Positions 25,176-38,479 of a stretch of DNA of 61,389 bases are shown in pieces. The position numbers were made by a program, and so were the translations under genes. Source of the DNA: Octopus sinensis (taxonomy: Eukaryota); contig NW_021832550.1 in NCBI RefSeq assembly GCF_006345805.1, positions 1 through 61,389 of the forward strand. The letters are read 5' to 3'. Positions within the stretch are counted from its first letter, which is position 1. Each line of letters opens with the position of its first letter. The notes beneath the pieces were generated by a model, which worked only from the letters and a program-made list of their open reading frames with translations, was not told the DNA's origin and did no database searches.

Positions 25176-26294
25176 GAAGGCATTATTATTATTATCCTTC
25201 CTATCGTCGTCGTCGTCGTCGTCATCATCATCATCATCATCACCAGTGTAGTTGATTTTTGTTATTTTGTTGTTATCCTCGTATCTTGCTTTTAGCAAGA
25301 ATTCTTTGTACACGACCCAAAAACTTGGAATGTTACTACATTCTTATCGAACGCAAACAATAACGAATGAATGAAAGTTGTCCCTTTTCAGATTATTCTA
25401 CAAGGAGTTTTAGTTGGTAAAGCCTGAGGCTTATTTTCCGTACCGATTATTGCTTTAAGATCGTTTGCTTCTTTTGTATATACACGTATTTGTATTTTGT
25501 CGACATACACGTAACAAAAATGGCGTTTGTGACAAATACAAGGTATAGAAACACGCTCTATCGCCATCCAGTAAAAATAACATTAAACATAACACTTTTT
25601 ACAAACAAAATTACAAGAAAAATCCACAGAGTTAAATGCACAAACACGCACAATTCATGCGAAATGAAATGAAAAATCAATTCTCTTAAGGACACTATCA
25701 ATATCGAGATATCGCAAGATGTATGCAACTTTTGTAAGTAGAAACGGCGACGGCATTGAAACGCACGCATCAGGGGAAATGTAAACAAAACTAGTTTTAG
25801 AAATGACCAGTTTTGCCAAAAATAACAAGTGGAACAGAAAGGGAAAAAAATCTGGACACAACTAGAATCGCATGGAAGGGAAGAGTCTGAGAGAATTTCG
25901 GAATAGGAGAGGCTGTTTCGTTTCCCGAGCAAGGCAGTCTCTCTTACCAGAAGAATACATCGAAGAAATAATAAGTTAGAAAAGTTACGAATAGGAAAAA
26001 GGTTACAGCATATTTGTACACACTGAAAACCGTTTTGCCTTACAGCCGTGACCATCATTCCTGTATTTAAGAGAATATCCCAGAAACGGCATCTTAAAAC
26101 GGTTACGTATTCGTGCGCGCTGGAAACCGCTTCGCTTCACAAGCGATGTATTCTCTCTTATTCCGAAGAATGCTCTTGGAATCCCTCGTTGCTTCGACGA
26201 GTGAGTATTCAGCAGGACACTGTTGAGCAGAGTTCTTATTTCGGTATTTTGCCGTGTCGTCGACTCATGTGGCAATGGAATGCCAGCCCATGGC

Positions 26295-26429
26295 AGGATA
26301 ACCCATTGGCAGCTGAGTGGACTGGAGCAATTCGAAATGGAGAGTTTTCTCAAGAAAAACAAGGCACCACTGGTATGGGAATCGAAACCACGAACTCGAG
26401 TGCAACACTCTAAACACTTGGCCACGCCC
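26295..26429 (-). mobile_element. Degenerate tRNA/CORE-type SINE head
   Basis: Minus GGGCGTGGCCAAGTGTTTAGAGTG..GGTTTCGATTCCC; CAGCTGAGTGGACTGGAGCAA motif shared with family C. Confidence 0.6.
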
Positions 26430-26569
26430 CATTACATAACATAAAATGATATAATATAATACAATATAATATAATATAATATAATAGAGAGCAACAAGTT
26501 CTATGAAGATATTATTTAACTCTTATTATTGCATTTTAGTCAATGCAATCTACATAAACGAAATACTTC

Positions 26570-26691
26570 AATATAATAATAATAATAATAATAATAATAT
26601 AATAATAATAATAACAATAATATAATATAATAATAATAATAATAATAATAACAATAATATAATAATATAATAATAATATAATAATAATAAC

Positions 26692-26735
<44 letters not shown>

Positions 26736-26854
26736 TAATAATAATAATAATAATAATAACAATAATAATAATAATAAAATAATAATAATAATAATAATAA
26801 TAACAACAATAATAATAATAATAATATAATAATAATGATAATGATAATAATAAC

Positions 26855-26888
<34 letters not shown>

Positions 26889-26990
26889 TAATAATGATAA
26901 TAATAATAATAATGATAATAATAATAATAATAACAATGATGATGATGATGATGATGATGATGCTGATGATGATGATAGCAATAACAATGA
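26570..26990. repeat. (TAA)n/(TGA)n microsatellite
   Basis: Directly visible. Confidence 0.95.
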
Positions 26991-27590
26991 CAGTTTTGTC
27001 AATGAATTAGCCATTATAATTCAATAACCGGAATGGAATCTTAAATTCCTTTCTTTCATTCCTTCTTATTCTTCCATTTTATTTCGTTTGATGCCGGTTC
27101 ACTGTGGCTGTTTTGCATTTTTGCTTAAAGGTTATCTGCAAAATGTCGCTATCCTGATCCTGATGGCGTTGCTATTAAAAGAAATTATAAAGACACACCG
27201 AAGCTCACATGCATAAGTATGCACACACACACAAAAGCACACACACACATACTCACAAAACACACACACACATACGCATACATGTGCATATACTCACACC
27301 AAATTCACGAAATATGCATCGATATTCTTCTGGTGTAATATTTCCTCTTTAATATTCTCCACTCGACAAAGAACTGGTGCACATCTCAGCAAACAAGATT
27401 TCTTCATTGACATTTGAAACAACATCAACCAGTTAGTCAATGAAAACCATGTGACCCTCGGTTGGAACTCGAAGTAGCAAGAGACAGGATCGACCAAAAT
27501 AATATATTCTCGCCACTATATATATTTTAATATAAATGCTAAGAAGACAAAGAAAATATTTTAACATATCCTTAATGACGCCAGTTCACG

Positions 27591-29396
27591 CAAAAATTTA
27601 CACAAAAATCTACACAAAAATTTACATAAAAATTTGACAAAAATTTCAACAAAAAATTTACACAAAAATTTACACAAAAATTTACACAAAAATTTACGCA
27701 AAAATTTACATAAAAATTTACACAAAAAATTTACACAAAAATTTACACAAAAATTTACACAAAAAATTTACACAAAAATTTACACAAAAAATCTACACAA
27801 AAATTTACATAAAAATTTGACAAAAATTTCAACAAAAAATTTACACAAAAATTTACACAAAAATTTACACAAAAATTTACGCAAAAATTTACATAAAAAT
27901 TTACACAAAAAATTTACACAAAAATTTACACAAAAATTTACACAAAAAATTTACACAAAAATTTACACAAAAAATCTACACAAAAATTTACATAAAAATT
28001 TGACAAAAATTTCAACAAAAAATTTACACAAAAATTTACACAAAAATTTACACGAAAATTTACACATAAAATTTACACAAAAATTTAGGCAAAAATTTAC
28101 CCAAAAATTTGCACAAAAAATTTACACAAAAATTTCAACAAAAAATTTACACAAAAATTTACACAAAAAATTTACACAAAAATTTACACAAAAATTTACA
28201 CAAAAATTTACACAAAAATTTACGCAAAAATTTACACAAAAATTTACACAAAAATTTACACAAAAAATTTACACAAAAATTTACACAAAAAATTTACACA
28301 AAAATTTACACAAAAAATTTACACGAAAATTTACACAAAAATTTACATAAAAATTTACACAAAAAATTACACAAAAAATTTACACAAAAATTTACACAAA
28401 AATTTACACAAAAATTTACGCAAAAATTTACACAAAAATTTACACAAAAATTTACACAAAAAATTACACAAAAAATTACACAAAAATTTACACAAAAATT
28501 TACGCAAAAATTTACACAAAAATTTACACAAAAATTTACACAAAAAATTACACAAAAAATTTACACAAAAATTTACACAAAAATTTACACGAAAATTTAC
28601 ACAAAAATTTACACAAAAAATTACACAAAAATTTACACAAAAAATTACACAAAAAATTTACACAAAAATTTACATAAAAATTTACACAAAAATTTACACA
28701 AAAATTAAACAAAAATTACACAAAATTTACACAAAAAATTACGCAAAAATTTACGCAAAAATTTACACAAAAATTTACACAAAAATTTACACAAAAATTT
28801 ACACAAAAAATTTACACAAAAATTTACACAAAAATTTACACGAAAATTTACACAAAAATTTACACAAAAAATTACACAAAAATTTACACAAAAAATTACA
28901 CAAAAAATTTACACAAAAATTTACATAAAAATTTACACAAAAAATTTACACAAAAATTTACACAAAAATTTACACAAAAATTTACACAAAAATTTACACA
29001 AAAATTTACACAAAAATTTACATAAAAATTTACACAAAAATTTACACAAAAATTTACACAAAAAATTTACACAAAAATTTACATAAAAATTTACACAAAA
29101 ATTTACACAAAAATTTACACAAAAAATTTACACAAAAATTTACACAAAAATTTACACAAAAATTTACACAAAAATTTACACAAAAAATTACACAAAAAAT
29201 TACACAAAAATTTACACAAAAATTTACATAAAAATATACACAAAAATTTACACAAAAATTTACACAAAAATTTACACAAAAATTTACATAAAAATTTACA
29301 TAAAAATTTACACAAAAAATTACACAAAAAATTTACACAAAAAATTTACATAAAAATTTACACAAAAATTTACACAAAAATTTACGAAAAAATTTT
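27591..29396. repeat. 1.8-kb satellite of 12-13-bp units (AAAAATTTACAC)n with a 183-bp higher-order repeat at the left
   Basis: The variant AAAAATCTACAC recurs with its TC at 27609, 27792 and 27975. Confidence 0.95.
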
Positions 29397-29774
29397 CGCC
29401 ATACAGAGTTGGTGAAAAACAATTGTAACGAGTCAGTAAAGATGTGTTAACGAATTTTCTAACGAATTGTACATAACCGAAAGGATGAAAGTCGAAGTCG
29501 ACCTCGGCGAAATTCGAACGCATTATCAGACCAAAAACTAACCCCATCATTGTCATCATCACCACCGCCACCAACACTGCTGCAAACCACAAACCACAAT
29601 AGCAACAGAGAGCATTGATGCTTTGTTTGTATTTGGCTTTGAACATGAGTTCTAGCTGATAATACTGGGTTTATCATTATTGGTAGCTTCTCTCGATATG
29701 AAAGGCCAAGTCACACGTCACGTTTTTGTTTGTTTTCCCACACTTTCTGTCTTGCTGTAGAAATGTGGCAGAAA

Positions 29775-30210
29775 AGAGTGGGAGAGGAGGGGAAATAGAC
29801 AGACAGATAGATATATAAAGAGAGAGAGGGAGAGAGGGAGATAGACAGACAGATAGATATATAAAGAGAGAGGGAGAGAGAGATATAGACAGACAGATAG
29901 ATATATAAAGAAAGAGGGAGAGGGAGAGGAGAAATAGACAGACAGATAAATATATAATGAGAGAGGGAGAGAGGGAGAGAGGGAGATAGACAGACAGATA
30001 TATATATAAAGAGAGAGGGAGAGGGAGAAATAGACAGACAGATAAATATATAAAGAGAGAGGGAGAGAGGGAGAGAGGGAGATAGACAGACAGATATATA
30101 TATAAAGAGAGAGGGAGAGGGAGAAATAGACAGACAGATAGATATATGAAGAGAGAGTGAGAGAAGGAGATAGACAGACAGATAGATATATAAAGAGTGT
30201 CAGAGAGAGA
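29775..30210. repeat. Compound purine-rich tandem repeat (GAGAGAGG..GATAGACAGACAGATAGATATATAAA)n
   Basis: Directly visible, units ~45-65 bp. Confidence 0.9.
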
Positions 30211-30979
30211 GAATATAAAGATACATAAATTAGATACACGCATTTCTTCCTTCTTTCCTTCTTTCTTTCTTTTTTTTCTTTCTTATTTCTGTCTTCCTTC
30301 CTTCCTTTCCTTCTTTCTTCCTTTCCTTCTTTCACACATACACACTCTCTCTTGTTTTTCTCTCACATATGCACACATATACTTCACATACTGGTATAAA
30401 GACTAGACAAACACACACACACACATTCACACGCACACATACACACATACACACACACACACACACCATAAAGAAACGGAACACAAAGACACAAGAATAT
30501 ATATATATATATACAAATACACACGCACACATTCGACTGAGATGGTCACGAATGCAACGCTTTTGATCATAGGTCTGCTGTCTGCTCAATCACGTCTGTC
30601 GCTGAGGCAAACAACAAAGAAAAAAAAGCAGTCGACGTCCGCCAGCGAATATGGCCGACTGGCAAGTGTGCCGAGCTTTCGCAAACTGTTTTCGGTATCT
30701 GTATTGTAGCAAGCAGAAATGGATATCATCTCAGCCATTCCCAGCCCTTTATTCAGTGGAACATTGACGGGGTGGAAGCTGGAGGGGGGATGAAACCCAA
30801 GAATGCAGCTGGCGCTCATTTTCAGGTGAGCTGATAGGAGTCACATGGAACGAAGCGCTTTGCTCAAGAATACCACACACACACACTGCCCGCTCTTCTC
30901 GGCAGGAATCTAACCCGCGACCTTGTAACCGTGCGCCTAACATCTTAACTGCTGGGCAATGTGCCTAGTGGTTAAGATG

Positions 30980-31378
30980 TGGAGCAACAACATCCTCCCT
31001 ACCTTCTCCGCCTTTCCGCCTCCTCCCCTCCTCCTCTTCTTCCTCCTCTCTTCCTCTTCTTCCTACTCCCTCCTCTTCTTCCTCATCTCTTCCTCTTCTT
31101 CCCCCCTTCTTCATCTTCTTCCTCCCCCCCTCCTCTTCTTCTTCTTCTTCTCCTTCTCCCCTTCCCCCTCCTCCACTTCTTCCTCTTCTTCCTCTTCTTC
31201 CTCTTCTTCCTCTTCTTCCTCTTCTTCCTCTTCTTCCTCACCCCCACTTCTCCTTCCCCTCCTCCTCTTCTTCCTCTCCTCCTATTATTCTTCCTCCCTT
31301 CCTCTCTTCTTCCCCCTTCCTCCTCTTCTTCCTCCCCTCCTCTTTCTCACCCCCTTCCCCCTCCCCTCCCCTCCTCCC
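30980..31378. repeat. Polypyrimidine (CTT/CCT) tract
   Basis: Directly visible. Confidence 0.9.
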
Positions 31379-31561
31379 AAAATATCAGAAACTGGCTTTC
31401 GAACCGGTTTCTACAAAGCCTTTCACAACAGAAGAAAAGGCAACACTTTGAACTCAGGCTTGTGAACTTAAAATACGTGATCGATTTACAGAAAGGCGTT
31501 GGACACCCTTTTAATTCTCCTCTCGTAACTAAAACAACAGATACAGATCTCTTTAAAACAG

Positions 31562-31719
31562 ATGGCAAGAACACAAAATACCGAATCGTTGCCGTTTCTG
31601 GCTCATCAATACACGATGGACTTAAAAGTACAAAGAAATCGATTCTTGTTAGAAACGTGGCACTTACAATGATAACTCTGTTGGCCAGTCGGTGTAATAA
31701 TAAAGTAAAGCAACAGACG
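31562..31719 (+). other. Candidate internal coding exon of an unidentified gene
   Basis: TCTCTTTAAAACAG| acceptor, ACG|GTAAGA donor, 158 nt, open frame (D)GKNTKYRIVAVSGSSIHDGLKSTKKSILVRNVALTMITLLASRCNNKVKQQT. No family recognised. Confidence 0.3.
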
Positions 31720-32035
31720 GTAAGATACTGTTGAAATTCAGTCAGTATAAATATAATACAACGAAATAGAGTAAAATGAAATCAGTGCAAAAGAAATGTA
31801 ATAATGATGAAAGAAAAAAAAATTTATAATGTTAAAAAATGTTGTGTGAATGTAAAATAGCGTAAAATTATTGTGTATAAAAATATAACGAATTATTGCG
31901 AATGCAGAATAGTGTAAAATAGAATCAAATACGAGTGTGAAAATATTGAATGGAAATATTGAAATAGTTATTATATATGTATACTTTGGTCTTAATATAA
32001 TAATAAAAATGATAATAATAATAATAATAATAATT

Positions 32036-32249
32036 AAAAAATATTCAGACAAATACATAACAAAAACACCAGGACTTACAAACACATATAACATACAGAA
32101 AATTGCACTACTAGGCACTGCACACATCCTACGCAGAACACTTTCCATACAATAACCATCAGAGCATCACAACAAATCACAGCACATACCCAAGGCACAC
32201 AGAGCTGCGCTCGGTAGCGAAGTTAAAGCACGCTATAAAAATAAAACTA

Positions 32250-32253
<4 letters not shown>
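32036..32253 (+). mobile_element. R4/Dong-type LINE 3' end (second subfamily)
   Basis: KKYSDKYITKTPGLTNTYNIQKIALLGTAHILRRTLSIQ*, then a 3' UTR and (TAA)n. Confidence 0.8.
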
Positions 32254-32308
<55 letters not shown>

Positions 32309-32448
32309 TAATACTGCACTGCAAGCTATTGAAACACTTAACATTGTGGTCTTTTTCATGATTACAATATAGCTTTTACGGGTAAATACCCTGTGGTATC
32401 TGCATGTAGATGAACTTGGCCATACAGAAGTCTCTAAGCCATAAGCGA

Positions 32449-32749
32449 AAAGTGTAACCTCTCGAAGGAGCTGTTCTTCACTCCTGCTCCAGAGCGTCGG
32501 CTGCGGGGTCATTCCGAAAAGCTCTATCTGCGACGACTTCGTCTCAATCGAAGGAGAGGGGCTTTCTCCGTCCGGGTTGCGGATCCGTGGAATAAGCTGC
32601 CGGACGAGATGGTGAAGATGCCGACAACCGCTTGGTTCAAAGTCTCCCTTGACCACAAGTGGCCTGAACTCTTTACATGAACACCACCCTGTACATAACT
32701 CCATGTCCCCCTACATGGCCTTGCTGTTTTGCTTTTTGAGCCAAAAAAT

Positions 32750-32781
<32 letters not shown>
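32449..32781 (+). mobile_element. CR1-clade LINE 3' end
   Basis: LSKELFFTPAPERRLRGHSEKLYLRRLRLNRRRGAFSVRVADPWNKLPDEMV..*, the CR1-type RGH..KL..R..FS.RV..WN.LP motif. (CTAA)n tail. Confidence 0.85.
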
Positions 32782-32848
<67 letters not shown>

Positions 32849-32864
32849 TATTATTATTATTATT

Positions 32865-33445
32865 ATCACAATAAATTTATTGTCACAATACAAACACTGG
32901 TAATTGCGCAACCTGATAATCGCTACCGCATATGAGTGACAATGAAAAAACAAAATATTGTGAATAACGGTGGTAATGAAACTGAAGCCAATGATGGTGA
33001 CAGTGTTACACCCGCTAGGCTCAGAGATTCTGGTCTGGCTCCAGCCTGTCGATATCCAGAAAGGGACCACCACACACGGCGTAGATGGAGAAAACAAATT
33101 AATGCTGTGGTCATGGAGTGTCACAACCTGAGCAGATTAGGGGTTACCGACAACGTATGTAACATCATTGGAGAACAGAGTCTATGTGATCAAGCTAGAT
33201 AGAGCAATAAAAAAAATTCTTGGTTTACAGAAGTAGAGCTCGAAGCTATCAAAAGACGGGTCATGGACAATAGTTTGTGGCTTCCTAAACATTCTCTAGG
33301 ACAATGCTATGTACAAAACCAAATATATGGCACCCTAGGCATAACACCAACATGAACTCCAACTTGTTGTCTCTTGAGGTCTCTGGGTGAGACTTGGGAG
33401 TCAACTTGTACAAATGTAAAGCAAAAGTCAAACATAAAAAATGAT
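32865..33445 (+). mobile_element. Internally deleted R4/Dong-type element (5' ORF start joined to 3' UTR)
   Basis: ORF 32936-33202 and its readthrough give RRRWRKQINAVVMEC..EQSLCDQAR*..WFTEVELEAIKRR (R4/Dong N-terminal motif, from memory). 33350-33436 matches the 3' UTR at 24431-24520. Confidence 0.7.
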
Positions 33446-33742
33446 AATAATGTCGACGATGATGATGATGCCGATCAGAGTCTTTTCTTTTTCTGCCGCT
33501 CGTTCTCAAAGCGATACGAAAAATAGGTATCTCTCAGACGGAAGGGTTAAGAGAAAAGAAAAAGATAAAGTAGGGTGAGGAAAAAAAAAAACTAATAATG
33601 GTGATGGTGATGATGAGGATAATAATGAGGATGATGTTGATGACGAAAATAATAATAATAATAATGATAATATTAATGATATAGTAGTAGTAATGATAGT
33701 AGTAGTAATGATAGCAGCAGCAGCAGCAGCAGCAGCAGTAGC

Positions 33743-33823
<81 letters not shown>

Positions 33824-34186
33824 GTGTGATTGGGTCCTCATAAATTATTTATTCCATTATTTTTTTTCATCAAATTTTATTGAATTTCGTTGAAATTCAT
33901 TAGACTCGAGTAGTTTTTCTAAATTATGGTTTTAATTTCGCCTCAGCAAATACGAAAGGCAAAAAACCAAAAAAACAACAAAAACCAAAAAGAAACAGGT
34001 ATGAAAAATGAAAATGGAAATATGAAAAGGAAAAACGAAAAGAATAAGAAAAATAGAAATATGAAGACAATGACGAGAAAATACCGAAAATATATTACTG
34101 CTGCTATGAAAATAATAATGCAGAATATTAAAGAAAACACGGATTTATTCAAAAGATGGTAATTGGTAAATAGCATTTTACTGAAA

Positions 34187-34305
34187 TAATTAGGTAGAGT
34201 AAAAATTAAGCAACGTTTTGAACTATAAAGAATTTGTGCCGGATTTTTGCAGAGTTTTGAAATTTTTTTTAAAGAATTTTTTTTGCAATTGTCTGATAAT
34301 ACAGA
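34187..34305 (+). mobile_element. 5' end remnant (TIR plus UTR) of the same mariner family as 19041-20342
   Basis: AAGCAACGTTTTGAAC..AAGAATTTGTGCCGGATTTTTGCAGAGTTTTG is the reverse complement of ~20225-20340. Confidence 0.8.
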
Positions 34306-34332
34306 CAACAACAAAAACAACAACAACAATAA

Positions 34333-34532
34333 TCCTTTATACTATAGGCACAAGGCCTGAAATTTTGGGGGAGGGGCCAGTCGATTAGATCGACCACAGT
34401 ACGCAATTGGTACTTAATTTATCGACCACGAAAGGCTGAAAGGCAAAGTCGACCTCGGCAGAATTTGAACTCAGATGAAATACCGCTAAGCATTTCGCCC
34501 GGTGTGCTAACGTTTTTGCCAGCTCGCCGCCT
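34333..34532 (-). mobile_element. SINE family A monomer
   Basis: Ends GCCAGCTCGCCGCCTT on plus; short-tail variant. Confidence 0.85.
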
Positions 34533-34660
34533 TCGGATCGCCATATATTAACTAACTTCTTGTCTTACAAGATCAAGTGTTCCTAACAAGGTAGGGTCAA
34601 GATTTAACCCCCCCCCTGTGCCTTCTCTCCACCATCCACTAAAATATATAAAAGTTGTAA

Positions 34661-35065
34661 AGGCGGCGAGCTAGCAGACATGGTAGCGCGCCGGGTGAAA
34701 TTCTTAGCGGTATTTCGTCTGTCGCTACGTTCTGAGTTCAAATTCCGCCGAGATCGACTTTGCCTTTCATCCTTTCGGGGTCGATAAATTAAGTACCGGT
34801 TACGTACTGGGGTCGATATAATCGACTTAATCCGTTTGTTTGTCCCCTCTGTGTTTAGCCCCTTGTCGGCAGTAAAGAAATAGGTATTTCGTCTGTCGCT
34901 ACGTTCTGAGTTCAAATTCCGCCGAGATCGACTTTGCCTTTCATCCTTTCGGGGTCGATAAATTAAGTACCAGTTACGCAATGGGGTCGATGTAATCGAC
35001 TTAATCCGTTTGTCTGTCCTTGTTTGTCATCTCTATGTATAGCCCCTTGTGGGCAATAAAGAAAT
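34661..35065 (+). mobile_element. SINE family A dimer
   Basis: Junction GTAAAGAAATAG|GTATTTCG at ~34882. Confidence 0.85.
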
Positions 35066-35471
35066 ATATATAAAAGCTGTACCACCAATACGAATTGTGG
35101 AGAGGTAAAAAACAAAGAAAAAAAGCCCGCAAAACGACGCTGGTATTACCATAAAGTCTAATAGCTAATTATACACGATTTGGAATATAAATAAATGATT
35201 AAATAAACGAATAATTAGCGGAATGGGAAAGAGCGGGGGACGGGAAGGTATGGGGGGGGGGCATTTAAGAAAATTGCTTAGAAATGCATCCAGCAACAGA
35301 TGAAAAGAAAACACAAGAAAGAAAAAAAAACGAAAGCATACCACAAAAAAATCACGTGAGTCACATGATCTAATAATCATAACTATCGCTCAATATTTAA
35401 TCGAAATATTTGTCTACCAGAGAAAAGAGTAATTAAAGAAACAACGCAGATGATGAATGCTGCTGCTGCGG

Positions 35472-35528
<57 letters not shown>

Positions 35529-35654
35529 TACTACTACTACTACTACTACTACATCTGCTGCTGTTGCTGCTACAACATAAAGCGATGATATTATTGGTTA
35601 CGATGACGATGATGATGATGATGATGACAATGATGATGTTAATAATTATGGTTT

Positions 35655-35870
35655 TAAATCCTGGCACAAGGGCAAAAACTTTTTTGCTTGGAGGGTTAAG
35701 TCGATTATATCGACATCCCCCCAGTGGCCAACTGGTACTTATTTTATCGACCCCCGAAAGGATAAAAGGCAAAGTCGAACTCGGTGGAATTTGAACTCAG
35801 AAAGTAAAGACGGACGAAATACCGCTAAGCATTTTCCCCGGCGTGCTAACGATTCTGCTAGCTCCATAAT
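35655..35870 (-). mobile_element. SINE family A monomer, diverged
   Basis: CGACCCCCGAAAGGATAAAAGGCAAAGTCGAACTCGG..GCGTGCTAACGATTCTGCTAGCTC. Confidence 0.8.
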
Positions 35871-35889
35871 GATGATAATAATGATAATA

Positions 35890-35940
<51 letters not shown>

Positions 35941-35942
35941 TG

Positions 35943-36162
35943 AAAAAAAATATTCAGACAAATACATAACAAAAACACCAGGACTTACAAACATATATAA
36001 CATACAGAAAATTGCATTACTAGGCACTGCCCACATCCTACGCAGAACACTTTCCATACAATAACCATCAGAGCATCACATCAAATCACAGCACATACCC
36101 AAGGCACACAGAGCTGCGCTCGGTAGTGAAGTGAAAGCACGCTATAACAATAAAACTACTGA
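35943..36162 (+). mobile_element. R4/Dong-type LINE 3' end, near-identical to 32036-32253
   Basis: Same sequence and same 5' boundary, flanked by (TAA)n. Confidence 0.8.
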
Positions 36163-36261
36163 ATAATAATAATAATAATGATGATGATGATGATGATGAT
36201 AATAATAATAATAATAATAATGATAATAATAATGATAATGATGATGATGATAATAATAATG

Positions 36262-36315
<54 letters not shown>

Positions 36316-37429
36316 GTAATAATAATGACGTCGGTGATGATGCTGACGCTCATGGCCTTCTCTTTCTCTGTCGCTTGTTCTCGAAGCGATGCGAAAAATA
36401 GGTATCTCTGAGATGGGAGGGTTAAGCAAACATAAAGAAAGATAAAGTAGAGTGTGGATAAATAGCAGAAAGGAGGACGGTGTTGGTGGTGAATGAAGTT
36501 ATGCAAATATAGAAGAAATTAATTTGAATTTTAAAAGTGCACATAACTCAAGCAGACACGATATAAAACACCTAATGAATAAAATAAAATAAAATTGAAA
36601 AAACCCCCCAAAACATGAAAGTTTACTGTTTAGGATGAATTGGATACTTCATGACCTCTTCCTCTTAATCATTTTTCAAATTGTGTTTGAGTGCAACCGA
36701 ATGCACTCTTTGGCATTTTTCGAAGTGTTCGATATTCAAACACTCCAATATTTTGCCTCTATTCTTTTTCAATTCAATCTAATGTCTTAATTTATTTATT
36801 TTTACTACTTTTTGAATGCGGTTTATACTCCGAACCTAATTCTTTATGCATCGAAAGGACTTCTTTTGAAATTCTGTGGCATCGGTAATGCAATATTTTA
36901 TCTATTAACTGCTTGTCAGGCTTTCATCCTCTGCGTTGTTTACGTTATTTTCTTGAGGCGGGATTTCATTGTCCTTTTTCTTGACTTGTTTTAAAAACTG
37001 AACAGAGGCCATGCTGCGGGGGGGGGGGGCTGCATCGATGGGTTTACTAAAACTCGCGTGTTTATATTTTTAAAGTTTAGTACTTATTCAGTTTTGCTTT
37101 TCGTTTTCAACTGGTACTTCCTGTGGCAAAGAGATGCTTTTGGGTCACGGAGCAAATGCTCTGCACACATTCATGTAAATAACTATTGTGGTCAACAGCC
37201 GTACTACTGCTGATTCTTGGCTTCATCACACAGGAATGGACTATGACCAGTTCCTTCACGCAAGAATACAAAAGCAGAATAATATAAACATAAGAAAAAT
37301 GTAATAATGTTAATACGGTTCCTATGGAAACAGACAGTCGTGACATCCGGTTTGTCAGCAATGGACGCTTGGTTAAAAATACATAAATTTAAAAGCCTGT
37401 AACTTATGTTACTATTAATTTCTAGAGAA

Positions 37430-37740
37430 AGGTGGCGCGCTATTAAAATAGTTGGCCTGTCGGAGTAAATGCTTAGTGATATTTCTTCCGGCTCTTTAAG
37501 TTCTGAGTTCAAATGCCGTCTAGGTCGACTTCGCCTTTCATCCTTTCGAATTGAAATAAGCGTTAGTTAGTTATTTTAATAAGTTAGTTATTTTCATAAG
37601 TTAGTTATTTTAATAAGTTAGTTATTTTCATAAGTTAGTTATTTTAATAAGTTAGTTATTTTAATTAGTGTTAGTTGATCACTGGGTTCGATGTAATAGG
37701 CTCTCACTTCCACTCAGAATTGCAGGAATTTACCAAAAGA
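37430..37740 (+). mobile_element. Degenerate SINE family A with an internal 17-bp array (37565-37665)
   Basis: AAGTTAGTTATTTTAAT alternates with AAGTTAGTTATTTTCAT, ~6 units, inside the central domain. Confidence 0.7.
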
Positions 37741-38331
37741 AAGAAATATTAATTCTTAGCGAAAATAAATAGAATTTCCACCATCAGCATCTACACTAGT
37801 TTAGAAAACTTGAAAAAAAATTTGGTGGCTAGAGAAAATATAAAAAGGTCCCTGTTGGGTATTAAAATTTCCCTCATCCACATTTCAGTTCTCGCAATTG
37901 TGATAGTTGTAAAAATTCTATCTGATCATTTAGCATTGAGAGATGGTTTGTCTTCACACAACTGTTATATGAACGGGCAATAGTTTCTGGAATTGTGTAA
38001 GACTTTCTCCTATTGTCTTTGTTATCTGTTGCCGTCTTCCAAATATTTTTTTCGAATATTTTGGACATTTTCTTCTGTTAATTGATCGTTAAAGTATATC
38101 TTTTCCTCCTCTTCTTGTACATTTATTTCTGTGTTTTTATTGTTCCCCACCACACTTTTTTTACGAGGAGAAGTCAAAAAGTGTCCGCATTTCTGCCGAA
38201 AATTTCTCTTGGTTGGCCGCCCTTCAGCGCTTGTATGCTAAAAGGTTGTTATGTAGGCGTAGTTTGATCTTGGAAAGTGTTTCGCAGTAAAGAAGAATCA
38301 GAAAGACATCTTCGCACTCCAAGAGTCAAAT

Positions 38332-38380
<49 letters not shown>

Positions 38381-38398
38381 CGGCAACAACAACAACAA

Positions 38399-38429
<31 letters not shown>

Positions 38430-38479
38430 AACAACAGCAGCATCAGCAGCAGCAACAACAACAACAACAACAATAATAA

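Noticed and set aside
27298-27346. Minus-strand mini-exon GNITPEEYRCIFREFG resembling an EF-hand, with a GTGAGT donor
   Set aside because: Poor acceptor tract, only 16 codons, and no supported partner exon.
37130-37185. EMLLGHGANA, ankyrin-like
   Set aside because: Stop four codons later, no second repeat, and no convincing splice sites.
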